From: Flavobacteriales bacterium
Lineage (GTDB): Bacteria; Bacteroidota; Bacteroidia; Flavobacteriales; Flavobacteriaceae
Length of the DNA: 64,000 nt
Reading direction: 5' to 3'
NCBI GenBank assembly: GCA_038233835.1
Contig: JBBSVD010000002.1
Span: 1,663 to 65,662 of the forward strand
Shown: piece by piece, positions 40,783 through 52,215 of the stretch
How positions within the stretch are numbered: the stretch's first letter is position 1
Layout: every line of letters starts with the position of its first letter
The notes under the pieces: generated by a model
The model's database searches: none
Told to the model about the DNA's origin: nothing
Seen by the model: the letters and a program-made list of their open reading frames with translations, nothing else
Translations under genes and position numbers: made by a program

Positions 40783-43329
40783 CTAAACTTCTTTTTCTTT
40801 CTTTGCTTTTTCAATTCTTATAGTAAGTTTTTCTTTAGCATCATCTAGATCCATGTAAATTGTATCACCTTCGGTTAAGTGAGAAGTAATGATCTCTTCA
40901 GCTAAAGCATCTTCAATATATTTCTGAATAGCCCTGTTTAAGGGTCTTGCTCCAAAATCTTTATCGAAACCTTTGTCTGCAATATAGTCTTTTGCGCTAT
41001 CGCTTAACTTCAAAGTATACCCAATAAGACCGATGCGGTTGTATAACTTTTCTAACTCGATATCTATGATCTTATGAATATCATCTCTATCTAGAGAGTT
41101 AAAGATCACAACATCATCTATCCTATTTAAGAACTCTGGCGCAAATGCTTTTTTAAGAGCACTTTCAATTACACTTCTTGCATTTTCGTCTATCTGAGAT
41201 TTTTGAGAAGCTGTTCCAAAACCAACTCCCTGTCCAAAATCCTTAAGTTTTCGAGAGCCAATGTTCGAGGTCATTATTATAATAGTGTTTCTAAAATCTA
41301 TCTTTCTACCTAAACTATCTGTTAAGTAACCGTCATCCAACACTTGAAGCAACATATTAAATACATCTGGATGTGCTTTTTCAACTTCGTCTAAAAGGAT
41401 CACTGCATAAGGCTTACGTCTAACTTTCTCTGTTAGTTGTCCACCTTCTTCATATCCAATATATCCAGGAGGTGCACCTATCAATCTTGAAATAGCGAAT
41501 TTCTCCATATACTCACTCATGTCAATTCTGATTAGAGTGTCTTCATTGTCGAATAATTGTTTTGCAAGAACTTTTGCTAGTTGTGTTTTACCAACTCCTG
41601 TTTGACCTAAGAATATAAATGATCCAATTGGTTTATTGGGATCTTTAAGTCCAGCTCTATTTCTCTGAATTGCCTTTACTACTTTGTTTACGGCATCATC
41701 TTGACCAATCACTTTTCCTTTAATCCTGTTTGGTAATTCTGCCAGTTTGATGATCTCGGTTTGAGCAATTCTATTTACAGGAACACCAGTCATCATAGAA
41801 ACAACATCTGCAACATGATCCTCTGTTACTGTTTCCTTGTGTAACTTAGATTCTTCTTCCCATTTCTCTTGAGCAATGCTTAGTTGTTTTTCAAGATTCT
41901 TCTCATCATCTCGAAGCTTTGCAGCTTCTTCATATTTTTGTTTCTTAACAACGGCATTCTTATTTTCTCGAACAGCTTCTAATTTCTGCTCAAGATCCAA
42001 GATCTGTTTTGGAACTTCAATATTGGTGATATGAACTCGAGCACCGGCTTCATCTAAAGCATCTATAGCTTTGTCCGGAAGAAATCTATCTGTGATATAT
42101 CTGGCTGTTAACTTTACACAAGCGTTTATTGCTTCTGGAGTATAGCTAACATTATGGTGTTCTTCGTACTTACCTTTTATATTATTTAAGATCTCTAGAG
42201 TTTCGTCCACCGTGGTAGGTTCTACGATCACTTTTTGGAATCTTCTTTCTAAGGCACCATCTTTTTCTATATACTGCCTGTACTCATCCAGGGTAGTAGC
42301 ACCGATACATTGTATTTCACCTCTCGCTAAAGCAGGTTTAAACATGTTACTGGCATCTAAACTTCCAGTTGCACCACCGGCACCAACTATTGTATGAATT
42401 TCATCTATAAAAAGAATGATATCATCATTCTTTTCAAGTTCATTCATAACCGCTTTCATACGCTCTTCAAACTGTCCGCGGTATTTAGTACCGGCAACTA
42501 AACTTGCAAGATCTAAGGTTACCACACGTTTATCAAAAAGTATTCTAGAAACCTTTCTTTGAACGATCCTTAAAGCGAGTCCTTCTGCAATTGCAGATTT
42601 CCCAACTCCTGGTTCTCCTATTAAAAGAGGATTGTTCTTTTTACGTCTACTAAGGATTTGGCTTACCCGCTCAATTTCCTTTTCACGTCCAACTACAGGA
42701 TCTAACTTATCTATTTCTGCCATCGCAGTTAGATCACGTCCAAAATTGTCTAACACTGGAGTCTTAGATTTTTTATTGGTCTTTCCTGTATTGGAAAAAG
42801 GGTTATCTTTTGTAGTATCGTCACTGGCAGCATCTTCGTCTGAGAAAGATTCTGCTCTAGGAACTTCTAAATAATCATCGTCGTTTGTAATCATATATTT
42901 AAATTGATCTTTAACCCCATCATAATCTATTTTCAATTTATTCAATAGTTTAGTAGTAGGATCATTTTCATTTCGTAAAATACATAGCAATAGGTGCGCT
43001 GTATTAATAGAAGTGCTCTGAAATAGTTTTGCCTCTAAAAAAGTGGTCTTTAGGGCTCTTTCAGCTTGTCTAGTAAGGTGCAAATTCTTTTTTTCATTAG
43101 AAATACCTGATGATTCTGGGTTTGCAGGGCTTAATATTTCGACCTTTCGTCTTAAATGACTCAAGTCTATGTCTAAGGCATTAAGTATATTAATGGCTTT
43201 ACCATCTCCATCTCTCAACAACCCTAGCATCAAATGTTCTGTACCGATAAAGTCGTGTCCCAGCCTTAAAGCTTCTTCCTTGCTATAGGCTATTACATCC
43301 TTTACTTTGGGAGAAAAATTATCATCCAT
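40783..43329 (-). CDS. clpC: ATP-dependent Clp protease ATP-binding subunit ClpC
   Basis: Two Clp-N repeats, two Walker A motifs ([16 protein letters not shown]), short UVR middle domain and VGF ClpP-docking loop. Confidence 0.95.
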   Translation of the reverse strand: MDDNFSPKVKDVIAYSKEEALRLGHDFIGTEHLMLGLLRDGDGKAINILNALDIDLSHLRRKVEILSPANPESSGISNEKKNLHLTRQAERALKTTFLEAKLFQSTSINTAHLLLCILRNENDPTTKLLNKLKIDYDGVKDQFKYMITNDDDYLEVPRAESFSDEDAASDDTTKDNPFSNTGKTNKKSKTPVLDNFGRDLTAMAEIDKLDPVVGREKEIERVSQILSRRKKNNPLLIGEPGVGKSAIAEGLALRIVQRKVSRILFDKRVVTLDLASLVAGTKYRGQFEERMKAVMNELEKNDDIILFIDEIHTIVGAGGATGSLDASNMFKPALARGEIQCIGATTLDEYRQYIEKDGALERRFQKVIVEPTTVDETLEILNNIKGKYEEHHNVSYTPEAINACVKLTARYITDRFLPDKAIDALDEAGARVHITNIEVPKQILDLEQKLEAVRENKNAVVKKQKYEEAAKLRDDEKNLEKQLSIAQEKWEEESKLHKETVTEDHVADVVSMMTGVPVNRIAQTEIIKLAELPNRIKGKVIGQDDAVNKVVKAIQRNRAGLKDPNKPIGSFIFLGQTGVGKTQLAKVLAKQLFDNEDTLIRIDMSEYMEKFAISRLIGAPPGYIGYEEGGQLTEKVRRKPYAVILLDEVEKAHPDVFNMLLQVLDDGYLTDSLGRKIDFRNTIIIMTSNIGSRKLKDFGQGVGFGTASQKSQIDENARSVIESALKKAFAPEFLNRIDDVVIFNSLDRDDIHKIIDIELEKLYNRIGLIGYTLKLSDSAKDYIADKGFDKDFGARPLNRAIQKYIEDALAEEIITSHLTEGDTIYMDLDDAKEKLTIRIEKAKKEKEV

Positions 43330-43582
43330 CTTAGTTTCCTTTCTCTAAATTTATTATTAACACATATTGGGTAGATTCAAAAATTGTACCTATTAATGTG
43401 TCGTTAGCTAATTGACAAAATTACTTTTAATAATCAAAATATAAGATAAGTAACTTATTAACGAAGCCTCGCTAAATATTTGTTAATAAAATTTGGACAA
43501 ACCCGGGCTAATACCACGAGATACAACTGCAAAATCCGTAAATTGGCACGTTATATTTTGAAACTAAATTAAACTATTTAAT

Positions 43583-46114
43583 ATGGCTGAAGGAGAAAAG
43601 TTAATTCCTATCAACATTGAAGATGAAATGAAATCGGCTTACATTGATTATTCGATGTCGGTCATTGTGTCACGTGCGCTACCTGATGTTCGTGATGGAT
43701 TAAAACCAGTTCATAGACGGGTTTTATTCGGGATGCATGAATTAGGTATCAGAGCTACCGGAGCTCACAAGAAATCTGCTAGAATTGTAGGGGAAGTATT
43801 AGGTAAGTATCACCCTCATGGAGATACTTCTGTATACGATGCTATGGTGCGTATGGCTCAGGAATGGAGCTTGCGTTATATGTTGGTAGATGGTCAAGGT
43901 AACTTTGGATCTGTAGATGGGGATAGTCCAGCAGCAATGCGATATACAGAGGCCAGAATGCGCAAGATCGCCGAGGATATGTTGGCAGATATTGATAAGG
44001 AAACAGTAGATCATCGTTTAAACTTTGATGACACCTTAGAAGAACCAACTGTTTTACCTACTCGTGTTCCCAATCTTTTAATAAATGGAGCAAGTGGAAT
44101 AGCTGTAGGTATGGCCACCAATATGCCTCCTCATAATATTTCTGAAGTTATTGACGGTACCGTTGCGTACATTGAGAATAACGATATTGATATAGATGAG
44201 CTTATTACACACATTAAAGCTCCAGATTTTCCTACCGGTGGAATAATCTATGGCTATGATGGAGTAAGAGAAGCCTTCAAAACAGGAAGAGGTAGAGTGA
44301 TGATGCGTGCTAAATCTAGTTTGGAAGAAGTAGGTGGAAGAGAAGCAATTATTGTTACAGAAATTCCTTACCAAGTGAATAAGGCAGACATGATCAAGAA
44401 AACTGCCGATCTTGTTAATGAAAAGAAAATAGATGGAATTGCAACTATACGTGATGAGTCTGACAGAAATGGAATGCGTATCGTTTACATACTTAAACGA
44501 GATGCTATTCCAAACATCGTATTAAATACACTTTTTAAACATACAGCGCTTCAAACAAGTTTTAGTGTGAATAATATTGCACTTGTTAAAGGGCGTCCTG
44601 AAATGTTAAACTTAAAGGACATGATTCGTCATTTTGTGGATCACCGTCATGAGGTTGTTGTAAGACGTACCAAATATGAGTTGCGCAAAGCAGAAGAAAG
44701 AGCACACATTTTAGAGGGATTGATCATTGCTTCAGATAATATTGATGAAGTAATTGCTTTAATTCGTTCTTCCAGTAATGGAGATGAAGCTCGTTCTAAA
44801 TTGATAGAGCGTTTCAAGCTTTCAGACGTTCAGGCTAAGGCGATCGTAGAAATGCGATTAAGACAGTTAACTGGTCTTGAACAAGACAAATTGCGTTCTG
44901 AATACGACGAAATATTGAAAACTATAGTAGATCTTAAAGATATTCTTGATAGAAAAGAACGTCGTATGCAAGTTATTACCGATGAGTTATTAGAAATTAA
45001 GAATAAGTATGGTGATGAACGTAGATCTGTTATAGAATATGCAGGAGGAGATCTTAGTATAGAAGATATGATCCCAGATGAGCAAGTGGTAATTACCATT
45101 TCTCATGCAGGATATATCAAGAGAACTTCACTTACAGAATATAAGACACAAAATAGAGGAGGAGTTGGACAAAAAGGTTCTACTACAAGAAGTGAAGATT
45201 TCTTGGAACATCTATTCTCTGGAACTAACCACCAATACATGTTGTTCTTTACGCAGAAAGGTAAGTGTTTCTGGATGCGAGTTTACGAAATTCCGGAAGG
45301 AAGCAAGACCTCAAAAGGTAGAGCAATTCAAAACTTAATCAATATTGAGCCAGATGATAAAGTGAAAGCTTTTATATGTACACAAGATCTTAAAGACGAG
45401 GAATATATTAATAATCATTTCGTGATCATGGCCACTAAAAAAGGTCAGGTTAAGAAAACAGCTTTAGAACAATATTCCAGACCGAGGATAAATGGTATAA
45501 ACGCCATTACTATTCGCGAGGATGATGAATTGTTAGAAGCTAAGCTTACCACAGGAAAAAGTCAAGTTATGCTTGCTATAAAAAGTGGTAAAGCAATTAG
45601 ATTTGAAGAAGAAAAAACCAGACCAATGGGTAGAAATGCTTCTGGAGTTCGTGGAATTACCTTAGCTAATGACCAAGATGAGGTTGTTGGGATGATCGCG
45701 GTAGATGATATGGAAACTGACATTTTGGTAGTATCTTCCAATGGTTACGGCAAACGTTCTCCACTGGATGATTATAGAATTACAAACCGTGGGGGAAAAG
45801 GTGTAAAAACTATTTCCATTACAGATAAAACGGGGGAGTTAGTTGCAATTAAGAACGTAACTAATAGCGATGACCTAATGATCATCAATAGATCAGGCTT
45901 AGCAATTAGAATGGGCGTTGAAAATTTAAGAGTAATGGGAAGAGCTACACAAGGGGTTCGACTTATTAACTTAAAAAGCAACGATGCAATTGCGGCAGTT
46001 GCAAAAGTGATGCAAGATGAAGAAGTAGAAGAGGCGTTAGAAGAGGATTTAGACTCTAATAACGTTGACGAAATTTCAGATGGCACAACAATTGCAGATA
46101 GTAATGAAGAATAA
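43583..46114 (+). CDS. gyrA: DNA gyrase subunit A
   Basis: YHPHGD, AAMRYTE and GyrA box QNRGGVG. Confidence 0.97.
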   Translation: MAEGEKLIPINIEDEMKSAYIDYSMSVIVSRALPDVRDGLKPVHRRVLFGMHELGIRATGAHKKSARIVGEVLGKYHPHGDTSVYDAMVRMAQEWSLRYMLVDGQGNFGSVDGDSPAAMRYTEARMRKIAEDMLADIDKETVDHRLNFDDTLEEPTVLPTRVPNLLINGASGIAVGMATNMPPHNISEVIDGTVAYIENNDIDIDELITHIKAPDFPTGGIIYGYDGVREAFKTGRGRVMMRAKSSLEEVGGREAIIVTEIPYQVNKADMIKKTADLVNEKKIDGIATIRDESDRNGMRIVYILKRDAIPNIVLNTLFKHTALQTSFSVNNIALVKGRPEMLNLKDMIRHFVDHRHEVVVRRTKYELRKAEERAHILEGLIIASDNIDEVIALIRSSSNGDEARSKLIERFKLSDVQAKAIVEMRLRQLTGLEQDKLRSEYDEILKTIVDLKDILDRKERRMQVITDELLEIKNKYGDERRSVIEYAGGDLSIEDMIPDEQVVITISHAGYIKRTSLTEYKTQNRGGVGQKGSTTRSEDFLEHLFSGTNHQYMLFFTQKGKCFWMRVYEIPEGSKTSKGRAIQNLINIEPDDKVKAFICTQDLKDEEYINNHFVIMATKKGQVKKTALEQYSRPRINGINAITIREDDELLEAKLTTGKSQVMLAIKSGKAIRFEEEKTRPMGRNASGVRGITLANDQDEVVGMIAVDDMETDILVVSSNGYGKRSPLDDYRITNRGGKGVKTISITDKTGELVAIKNVTNSDDLMIINRSGLAIRMGVENLRVMGRATQGVRLINLKSNDAIAAVAKVMQDEEVEEALEEDLDSNNVDEISDGTTIADSNEE

Positions 46115-46136
46115 ACAAATAAAAACCAATTTAAGA

Positions 46137-47387
46137 ATGAAAAAGAATGTTATAACAATAGGATTATCATTACTATCTGTAGTTGCAATTGCACAAAAGA
46201 AAGAAGTGCGTGACGCTGGAAAAGCAATCGATAAAGGAAGTTATGCTGAGGCAAAAACTTTATTGACGCAAGCTGAATCCTTAATAGGAGAAGCAAATGA
46301 TAATCTAAAAGCAGATTTTTACCTTTACAAGGGAAAAGCTTATTTAGGTACAGGTGAGGGAACTTCTGTTGCAGATCTTATGCAAGCTTCTGAAGCTTTT
46401 AAAAAGGCTCAGGAATTAGGCAACGAAGATGCAAAAGCAGGTTTAGACAATGTAACCAACAGTCTAATTCAAAGCGCGATCAAGGATCAGAATGCTGAGA
46501 AATATTCTGAGGCAGCAAAAAAATTGTATGCAGGTTTTCAATTGAATGAAAAAGATACCGTGTATCTATACTACGCAGCTTCTAATGCTGTTACCGCTAA
46601 AGATTATGATACTGCACTTAAGTATTATGAGAATCTTAAAGATCTTGGATATACAGGAATCGAAACTGAATATATAGCGGTAAACAAAACTACAGGTGAA
46701 GAGGAAGCAATGTCTAAAGTTCAGCGCGATCTTATGGTGAAAACTGGAGATTATGTTAAGCCTCAAGATAGAGTAGCACCTTCAAAGTCTGGTGAGATTA
46801 CTAAGAACATTGCTTTAATTTATATTCAGCAAGGTAGAGAAGATGATGCTGTTAGTGCCTTAAAAGCTGCAAAAGAGGCTAATCCAGATGACGCTAGTTT
46901 ATTACAAACCGAAGCCGATATGTATTATAAAATGGGTAAAAAGGATAAATATAAGGAGTTGATGGAAGCTATTGTAGCTAAAGATCCAACAAATGCTACT
47001 TTATATTATAACCTTGGAGTAACTGCATTTGAAATGGGAGATAACGACGGAGCTGTTTCTTATTATGAAAAAGCTTTAGAAGTTGATCCTAAAATGACAG
47101 AAGCTCGTTTAAATATTGCAGCTGCAATTCTTTCACAAGAAGCTAAAATTGTTGAAGAAATGAACAAGCTTGGAATGAGTAATGCAGATGCTAAGAAATA
47201 TGATGAGTTAGCTGAAAATCGTAAAGAGATCTATCGTAAAGCACTTCCTTACTTAATAACTGTTATAGAAAATGATGCTGATAACATGGAAGCAATTCGT
47301 ACTACAATGAATATCTACTACCAATTAGGAGAAAGTGAGAAAGCTGATGCTTTACAAGCTAAGCTTACTGCTGCAGAGAAAAACTAA
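46137..47387 (+). CDS. Exported tetratricopeptide repeat protein
   Basis: ATG 46137 gives a signal peptide (AIA|Q); TPR motifs such as LYYNLGV...YEKALEVDP. Confidence 0.85.
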   Translation: MKKNVITIGLSLLSVVAIAQKKEVRDAGKAIDKGSYAEAKTLLTQAESLIGEANDNLKADFYLYKGKAYLGTGEGTSVADLMQASEAFKKAQELGNEDAKAGLDNVTNSLIQSAIKDQNAEKYSEAAKKLYAGFQLNEKDTVYLYYAASNAVTAKDYDTALKYYENLKDLGYTGIETEYIAVNKTTGEEEAMSKVQRDLMVKTGDYVKPQDRVAPSKSGEITKNIALIYIQQGREDDAVSALKAAKEANPDDASLLQTEADMYYKMGKKDKYKELMEAIVAKDPTNATLYYNLGVTAFEMGDNDGAVSYYEKALEVDPKMTEARLNIAAAILSQEAKIVEEMNKLGMSNADAKKYDELAENRKEIYRKALPYLITVIENDADNMEAIRTTMNIYYQLGESEKADALQAKLTAAEKN

Positions 47388-47407
47388 AATTTTGGATTTC
47401 TAAATAA

Positions 47408-47439
47408 TAAAAAGGCTGTCATTTCTGACCGCCTTTTTT
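47408..47439. terminator. Bidirectional terminator
   Basis: AAAAAGGC-TGTCA...TGACC-GCCTTTTT between convergent genes. Confidence 0.7.
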
Positions 47440-47456
47440 AATATCTATAATTAAGA

Positions 47457-48206
47457 TTAAATTATCTTTTTTATCACCCTTAATTGATGGGTATGTCTTT
47501 TCAATTCAGAATTGAATATTCCAGAGTGATCTAACCTATCTATTCTAACTTTACCATTCACATGAATAATATAATTATCATGCATAATTATCCCAACATG
47601 TGTAATAGTTCCTTCAGCATTATCAAAAAAGGCCAAATCTCCTGGTTCACTTTCTTCTATAAAACTTAAGGCTTCACCTTGTGTGGCTTGTTGGGCTGCA
47701 TTTCTTAATAAAGAATATCCATTAAGCATGTATACCATTTGAGTTAAACCACTACAGTCTATTCCAAAAGGGGTTTTTCCACCCCACATATATGGAGAAT
47801 TTAAGTAGAGTAACGCAGTTTTGACTAGATTGGTCTTTCCCTTATTACCAGTAATATAGGCACCATCAAAGGTATTTTTAAGAAGGCTATTGCTATTTAA
47901 AATAGCGCCCATTGGTATAGCTGTAAGATTATCGGATGCATCAGTTAAATACTCGATAAGATCAGCAGAATAAATTCTTTCTTCGGTATTCAAATTAAAA
48001 TACTCAGATTCATCGAGCTTAGAGAATTGTTTATTATCTAACCAACCTTCACAAGAATCGAATGCAATACGAATTCGGCTCCATTTACCACGTTCTTCTA
48101 GAATTTTAAAATGATCCCCATAAAGAATCTGGGTAAGCATTTCAGAAGCATCTGCCGGTTGGCTTCTAACCGGCACGATGCTTAAGTTACATATTCCGTA
48201 TTGCAT
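47457..48206 (-). CDS. NlpC/P60 (C40) peptidase with N-terminal SH3-like domain
   Basis: PYMWGG, GIDCSGL, PGDLAFF and HVGI. Confidence 0.92.
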   Translation of the reverse strand: MQYGICNLSIVPVRSQPADASEMLTQILYGDHFKILEERGKWSRIRIAFDSCEGWLDNKQFSKLDESEYFNLNTEERIYSADLIEYLTDASDNLTAIPMGAILNSNSLLKNTFDGAYITGNKGKTNLVKTALLYLNSPYMWGGKTPFGIDCSGLTQMVYMLNGYSLLRNAAQQATQGEALSFIEESEPGDLAFFDNAEGTITHVGIIMHDNYIIHVNGKVRIDRLDHSGIFNSELKRHTHQLRVIKKII

Positions 48207-48229
48207 TAATATACACTTGCTAATTTAAC

Positions 48230-49408
48230 TTAGTCTCTTTGAATAACAATTGCAGAGGCACCACCACCACCATTACAAATAGCTGCAGCTCCTGTTTTGG
48301 CGTTGTTTTGTTCCAATACATTTAATAAGGTTATTATAATTCTAACACCAGAACATCCTAGCGGGTGTCCTAAAGAAACAGCACCACCATTAACATTGGT
48401 GTTTTTGTCTGTAAGACCTAATAATTTCATATTCGCCAATCCAACAACTGCAAAAGCTTCATTGAATTCGAAAAAATCTATATCTTCCTTAGTCATCTCT
48501 GCTTTAGCTAACGCCTTTGGTAATGCCTTAGATGGGGCAGTAGTGAACCATTTTGGCTCATGCGCTGCATCTGCAAAACTTTTAATACTAGCCAAAACCT
48601 TAAATCCTAATTCATCTGCTTTTTCACGACTCATTAAAATTACTGCTCCAGCTCCATCATTAATAGTGGAAGCATTAGCAGCAGTTACAGTACCGTCTTT
48701 GGAAAATGCTGGACGTAAAGAATAGATCTTATCCATTTTTACATTCTTGAACTCTTCATCTTCACTTATAACTATTGGATCTCCTTTTCTTTGTGGAACT
48801 TCAACTGGCACAACTTCATTATCAAACTTTCCATCTTTCCATGCTTTGGCAGATCGCTCGTAAGATTGAATAGCAAATGCATCTTGATCTTCTCTACTAA
48901 AATTATGCTCTGTAGCACAAAGATCTGCACAAGTTCCCATGGCATTATGATCATAGGCATCTACCAAACCATCTTTTTGCATTCCATCTATCATAGTAGC
49001 TGGTCCAAATTTTTGTCCATTTCTTAGGTATAGATAATGAGGTATTAAACTCATATTTTCCATTCCACCTGCAACAACAATATCTGCATCTCCTAACATA
49101 ATTGCTTGTGCACCTTGCATTACCGCCTTCATTCCACTTGCACAAACTTTATTTATGGTAGTACAGGGAACAGTATCTGGAATTCCCGCACCAATTGCTG
49201 CTTGTCTAGCAGGAGCTTGTCCTACACCAGCCTGCACCACGTTTCCCATTAAAACTTCATCTACCATTTCTGGTTTTAATCCTATTTTATTTAAGGCTCC
49301 CTGAATTGCGATAGATCCCAATTTTGTTGCAGGTACTGTAGATAGTCCTCCTAAAAAACTACCAATGGGCGTCCTAGCAGCACTTACAATTACAACTTCT
49401 TTATTCAT
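48230..49408 (-). CDS. Acetyl-CoA C-acetyltransferase (thiolase)
   Basis: NKVCASG, NEAFA, GHPLG and CNGGGG motifs. Confidence 0.95.
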   Translation of the reverse strand: MNKEVVIVSAARTPIGSFLGGLSTVPATKLGSIAIQGALNKIGLKPEMVDEVLMGNVVQAGVGQAPARQAAIGAGIPDTVPCTTINKVCASGMKAVMQGAQAIMLGDADIVVAGGMENMSLIPHYLYLRNGQKFGPATMIDGMQKDGLVDAYDHNAMGTCADLCATEHNFSREDQDAFAIQSYERSAKAWKDGKFDNEVVPVEVPQRKGDPIVISEDEEFKNVKMDKIYSLRPAFSKDGTVTAANASTINDGAGAVILMSREKADELGFKVLASIKSFADAAHEPKWFTTAPSKALPKALAKAEMTKEDIDFFEFNEAFAVVGLANMKLLGLTDKNTNVNGGAVSLGHPLGCSGVRIIITLLNVLEQNNAKTGAAAICNGGGGASAIVIQRD

Positions 49409-49523
49409 AGCTTAAAATTTTTTATTTCTCTTAATGCGAATTTAGTGATTTTATAAAGAACAAACCAAGGCTTCTGAGTGCACCATGTTTTTTTACTACA
49501 TTTGAATAATACTATCTACTTTC

Positions 49524-51569
49524 ATGAACAATTTCATAAATAACTTTTATAAAAATCAAGCATTATTTTATAAGATCTTTCTGTTTATAATTACTGCTGT
49601 TTTAATTGTTTACTTATTACCCAAAGCAGGGAAATTTAAATATGAAATTACTAAGGGGAAACCTTGGCAATATGAAAATTTATACGCTCCCTTCGACTTT
49701 GCTATTTTAAAGGTCGATGAAGAGATTGTAAAAGAAAAGCTTCAGATAAATAGCAATCATATTCCTTATTACAACTTTAATGATGATGTTGTAAAACAAA
49801 TAAAAGCTAAGGTTCCTGAGCAATTAGTTAAGATTTTTCCAGATAGTATCCTTCAAAAAAGAAAACGACAACTCTCTTCATTTATTGATAGAACTCTCGA
49901 TAAAATTTATGAAAATGGAATATTACAGGAACCAAAGCCTGCAGATATCAATAAACTTATTTATCTAAAAAGGGGGAATGAAGCCTTTGAGATCAATTAT
50001 GACAAAATATTGCATCAAGAAGAAATACGGCAATATTTAAATGTTCAAATAAATTCGAATAAGCTTTCGGCATTTAAGCCAGACCTTTTAGAACTATTCT
50101 ATAATATAATAAAACCCAACGTTACTTTTGATTCTGCCCTAACTCAAAAAGAACTGGATAGTAAGTTAAATGCTATTTCCTACACAAGAGGTAGTATAGA
50201 ACGTGGTACAATTATAATATCCAAAGGGGAAATTGTAGAAGGGGGAACACTAGATATTTTAATCTCCTTGAAGGCTGAATATGAATCTCAGGTGTGGAGT
50301 GATTCCAGCTATAATTGGATTCTTTTTGGCTATAGCATTTTGGTTTGTCTTGCTTTGCTGATGCTTTTGTTATTCATAAGAAGGAACAGGAGGGATATTT
50401 TTGATAATAATGTAAAGGTTTCTTTCATTTTTTTCAACCTCTTGCTAATGGTTTTTCTAACCACTTTAATAGTTAGGTTCGATGCAAAATATGTATACAT
50501 CGTTCCATTATGTATTTTACCACTAACACTCAAAGCATTTTTCGATTCCAGACTGGGTTTATTCACCCATGTTATTACAGTTCTGATTTTGGGATTTGTA
50601 GTGCCAAATAGTTACGAGTATATGTTCTTGCAGATTATTGCGGGTATTGTTACTATACTTACAGTATCTGAGTTATATAAAAGAGCTAATTTATTTATCT
50701 CTGTTGGGCAGATCACCTTTATTTACATCTTGGTTTATTTTGCTTTTACCATTATTCAGGAAGGGAATATTCAAGATCTTAATTCAGAAATGTTTCTCAC
50801 TTTTATTTTAGGTGGACTTGCTACGCTTTTTGTACAACCGCTAATTTATATTTATGAAAAGCTATTCGGGTTAGTTTCTGATATGTCTTTATTAGAATTA
50901 TCTGATACCAATTCGAAATTATTAAAGGAATTAGCTGAAAAAGCTCCGGGAACTTTTCATCATTCTTTAAATGTTGCAAATCTTGCTGAAGCGGCTGCTA
51001 ATGAAATTGGAGCAAATGCCATGTTAGCTAGGGTAGGAGCATTGTATCATGATATCGGGAAGATGGAGAATCCAACTTATTTCTCAGAAAATCAAACCAG
51101 TTCTGTAAACTCTCATGATGAGCTTTCTCCAGCAGAAAGTGCTGAAGTGATTATTGATCATGTAATTCAAGGGATAGAGATTGCCAGAAAAAATAACCTT
51201 CCAGATAGAGTAATAGATTTTATTAGAACTCATCATGGAACTACCTTGGTTTATTTCTTCTACATGAAGGAAAAGGAAATGAATGAGAATGTATCTGCAA
51301 GAGATTTTAGATATCCAGGACCAATTCCTTTTAGCAAAGAAACAGCAATCTTAATGATGTGTGATAGTGTTGAGGCTGCTAGTAAAAGTTTAAAAGAACC
51401 AACTACTGCGAAGATCGATGATTTTGTTGAGAAAATTATAAGCAAGCAAATGGACGAGAGCCAATTCCTTAATGCTAATATTACCTTTAAAGAGATCCAA
51501 CTTATTAAAAAGGTACTCAAGCAAAAATTAAAGAATATCTTTCACTTAAGGGTAGAATACCCGGAATAG
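49524..51569 (+). CDS. 7TM-HDIG phosphohydrolase (PgpH-like cyclic dinucleotide phosphodiesterase family)
   Basis: Extracytoplasmic domain, 7 TM helices, APGTFHHS, YHDIGK, HHGT and DSVEAA. Confidence 0.9.
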   Translation: MNNFINNFYKNQALFYKIFLFIITAVLIVYLLPKAGKFKYEITKGKPWQYENLYAPFDFAILKVDEEIVKEKLQINSNHIPYYNFNDDVVKQIKAKVPEQLVKIFPDSILQKRKRQLSSFIDRTLDKIYENGILQEPKPADINKLIYLKRGNEAFEINYDKILHQEEIRQYLNVQINSNKLSAFKPDLLELFYNIIKPNVTFDSALTQKELDSKLNAISYTRGSIERGTIIISKGEIVEGGTLDILISLKAEYESQVWSDSSYNWILFGYSILVCLALLMLLLFIRRNRRDIFDNNVKVSFIFFNLLLMVFLTTLIVRFDAKYVYIVPLCILPLTLKAFFDSRLGLFTHVITVLILGFVVPNSYEYMFLQIIAGIVTILTVSELYKRANLFISVGQITFIYILVYFAFTIIQEGNIQDLNSEMFLTFILGGLATLFVQPLIYIYEKLFGLVSDMSLLELSDTNSKLLKELAEKAPGTFHHSLNVANLAEAAANEIGANAMLARVGALYHDIGKMENPTYFSENQTSSVNSHDELSPAESAEVIIDHVIQGIEIARKNNLPDRVIDFIRTHHGTTLVYFFYMKEKEMNENVSARDFRYPGPIPFSKETAILMMCDSVEAASKSLKEPTTAKIDDFVEKIISKQMDESQFLNANITFKEIQLIKKVLKQKLKNIFHLRVEYPE

Positions 51570-52022
51570 TTATCTTACTTCCAAGATCTCTACTTCTTTG
51601 TCATTTAGCTGGAAACTGTCTCCTGCCTTTTTATCTTTAATCTTTTCATATATCGGAGCTTCAGTAGAAATTACATGAACTAAACTTCCATCATCCATGT
51701 TTATATTTCCTAATGCACAGGCAATAAAGTAGAAATTCTTTTCGGTTTCTATAACGCTTCCAAATTTTACATTTTCACTATAGTGTTCACGATCTACTTT
51801 ATTCAAAGTGAGTTTCAAATTTTGAGCAGTATCTAAATATTTTGCATATTTTTCGAAATCGCCAAGAAGCTCTCCTTTACTACCCTCCTCATCATAATCT
51901 GTATGAACATCGTTTGCCACCATAGATTCTTTTATATTGTTCATTTCCTCTTTATAGCGATTTATTTGTTTATTAATTGCATCTAAGCATTTTAGAAATA
52001 ATTCAGTTTTATTTGGTACCAT
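51570..52022 (-). CDS. GreA/GreB-like protein
   Basis: N-terminal helical hairpin with acidic tip (TDYDEE); VKFGSVI...ISTEAPIYEKIKDKKAGD resembles the Gre C-terminal domain. Confidence 0.65.
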   Translation of the reverse strand: MVPNKTELFLKCLDAINKQINRYKEEMNNIKESMVANDVHTDYDEEGSKGELLGDFEKYAKYLDTAQNLKLTLNKVDREHYSENVKFGSVIETEKNFYFIACALGNINMDDGSLVHVISTEAPIYEKIKDKKAGDSFQLNDKEVEILEVR

Positions 52023-52116
52023 AATGTTTTGTTTACTTTAAAAGTAGGAAACACTTTTTTTCTGAAATAATTTTTGACAAAAAATTAATATTTAAATGCA
52101 AACTGTTTCTAATTCA

Positions 52117-52195
52117 ATATAAGTCCATAGACTTATATATATAATTTATAAGTCTAGAGACTAATATTTATATATTATAAGCTTATAGACTAATA
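52117..52195. repeat. Three palindromic operator-like repeats at 29-bp period
   Basis: TATAAGTC-CATA-GACTTATA (52118), TATAAGTC-TAGA-GACTAATA (52147), TATAAGCT-TATA-GACTAATA (52176). Confidence 0.85.
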
Positions 52196-52202
52196 ATTTT
52201 AC

Positions 52203-52210
52203 TACATTTG
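52203..52210 (+). promoter_or_regulatory. -7 promoter box TACATTTG for the satD-like operon
   Basis: Exact TAnnTTTG, 5 nt upstream of the ATG at 52216. Confidence 0.65.
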
Positions 52211-52215
52211 AAGCT

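Noticed and set aside
52117-52195. 29-bp periodic repeats as a mini-CRISPR array
   Set aside because: Intervening sequences are only 9 nt and AT-only, there are three copies and no cas genes; an operator array fits better
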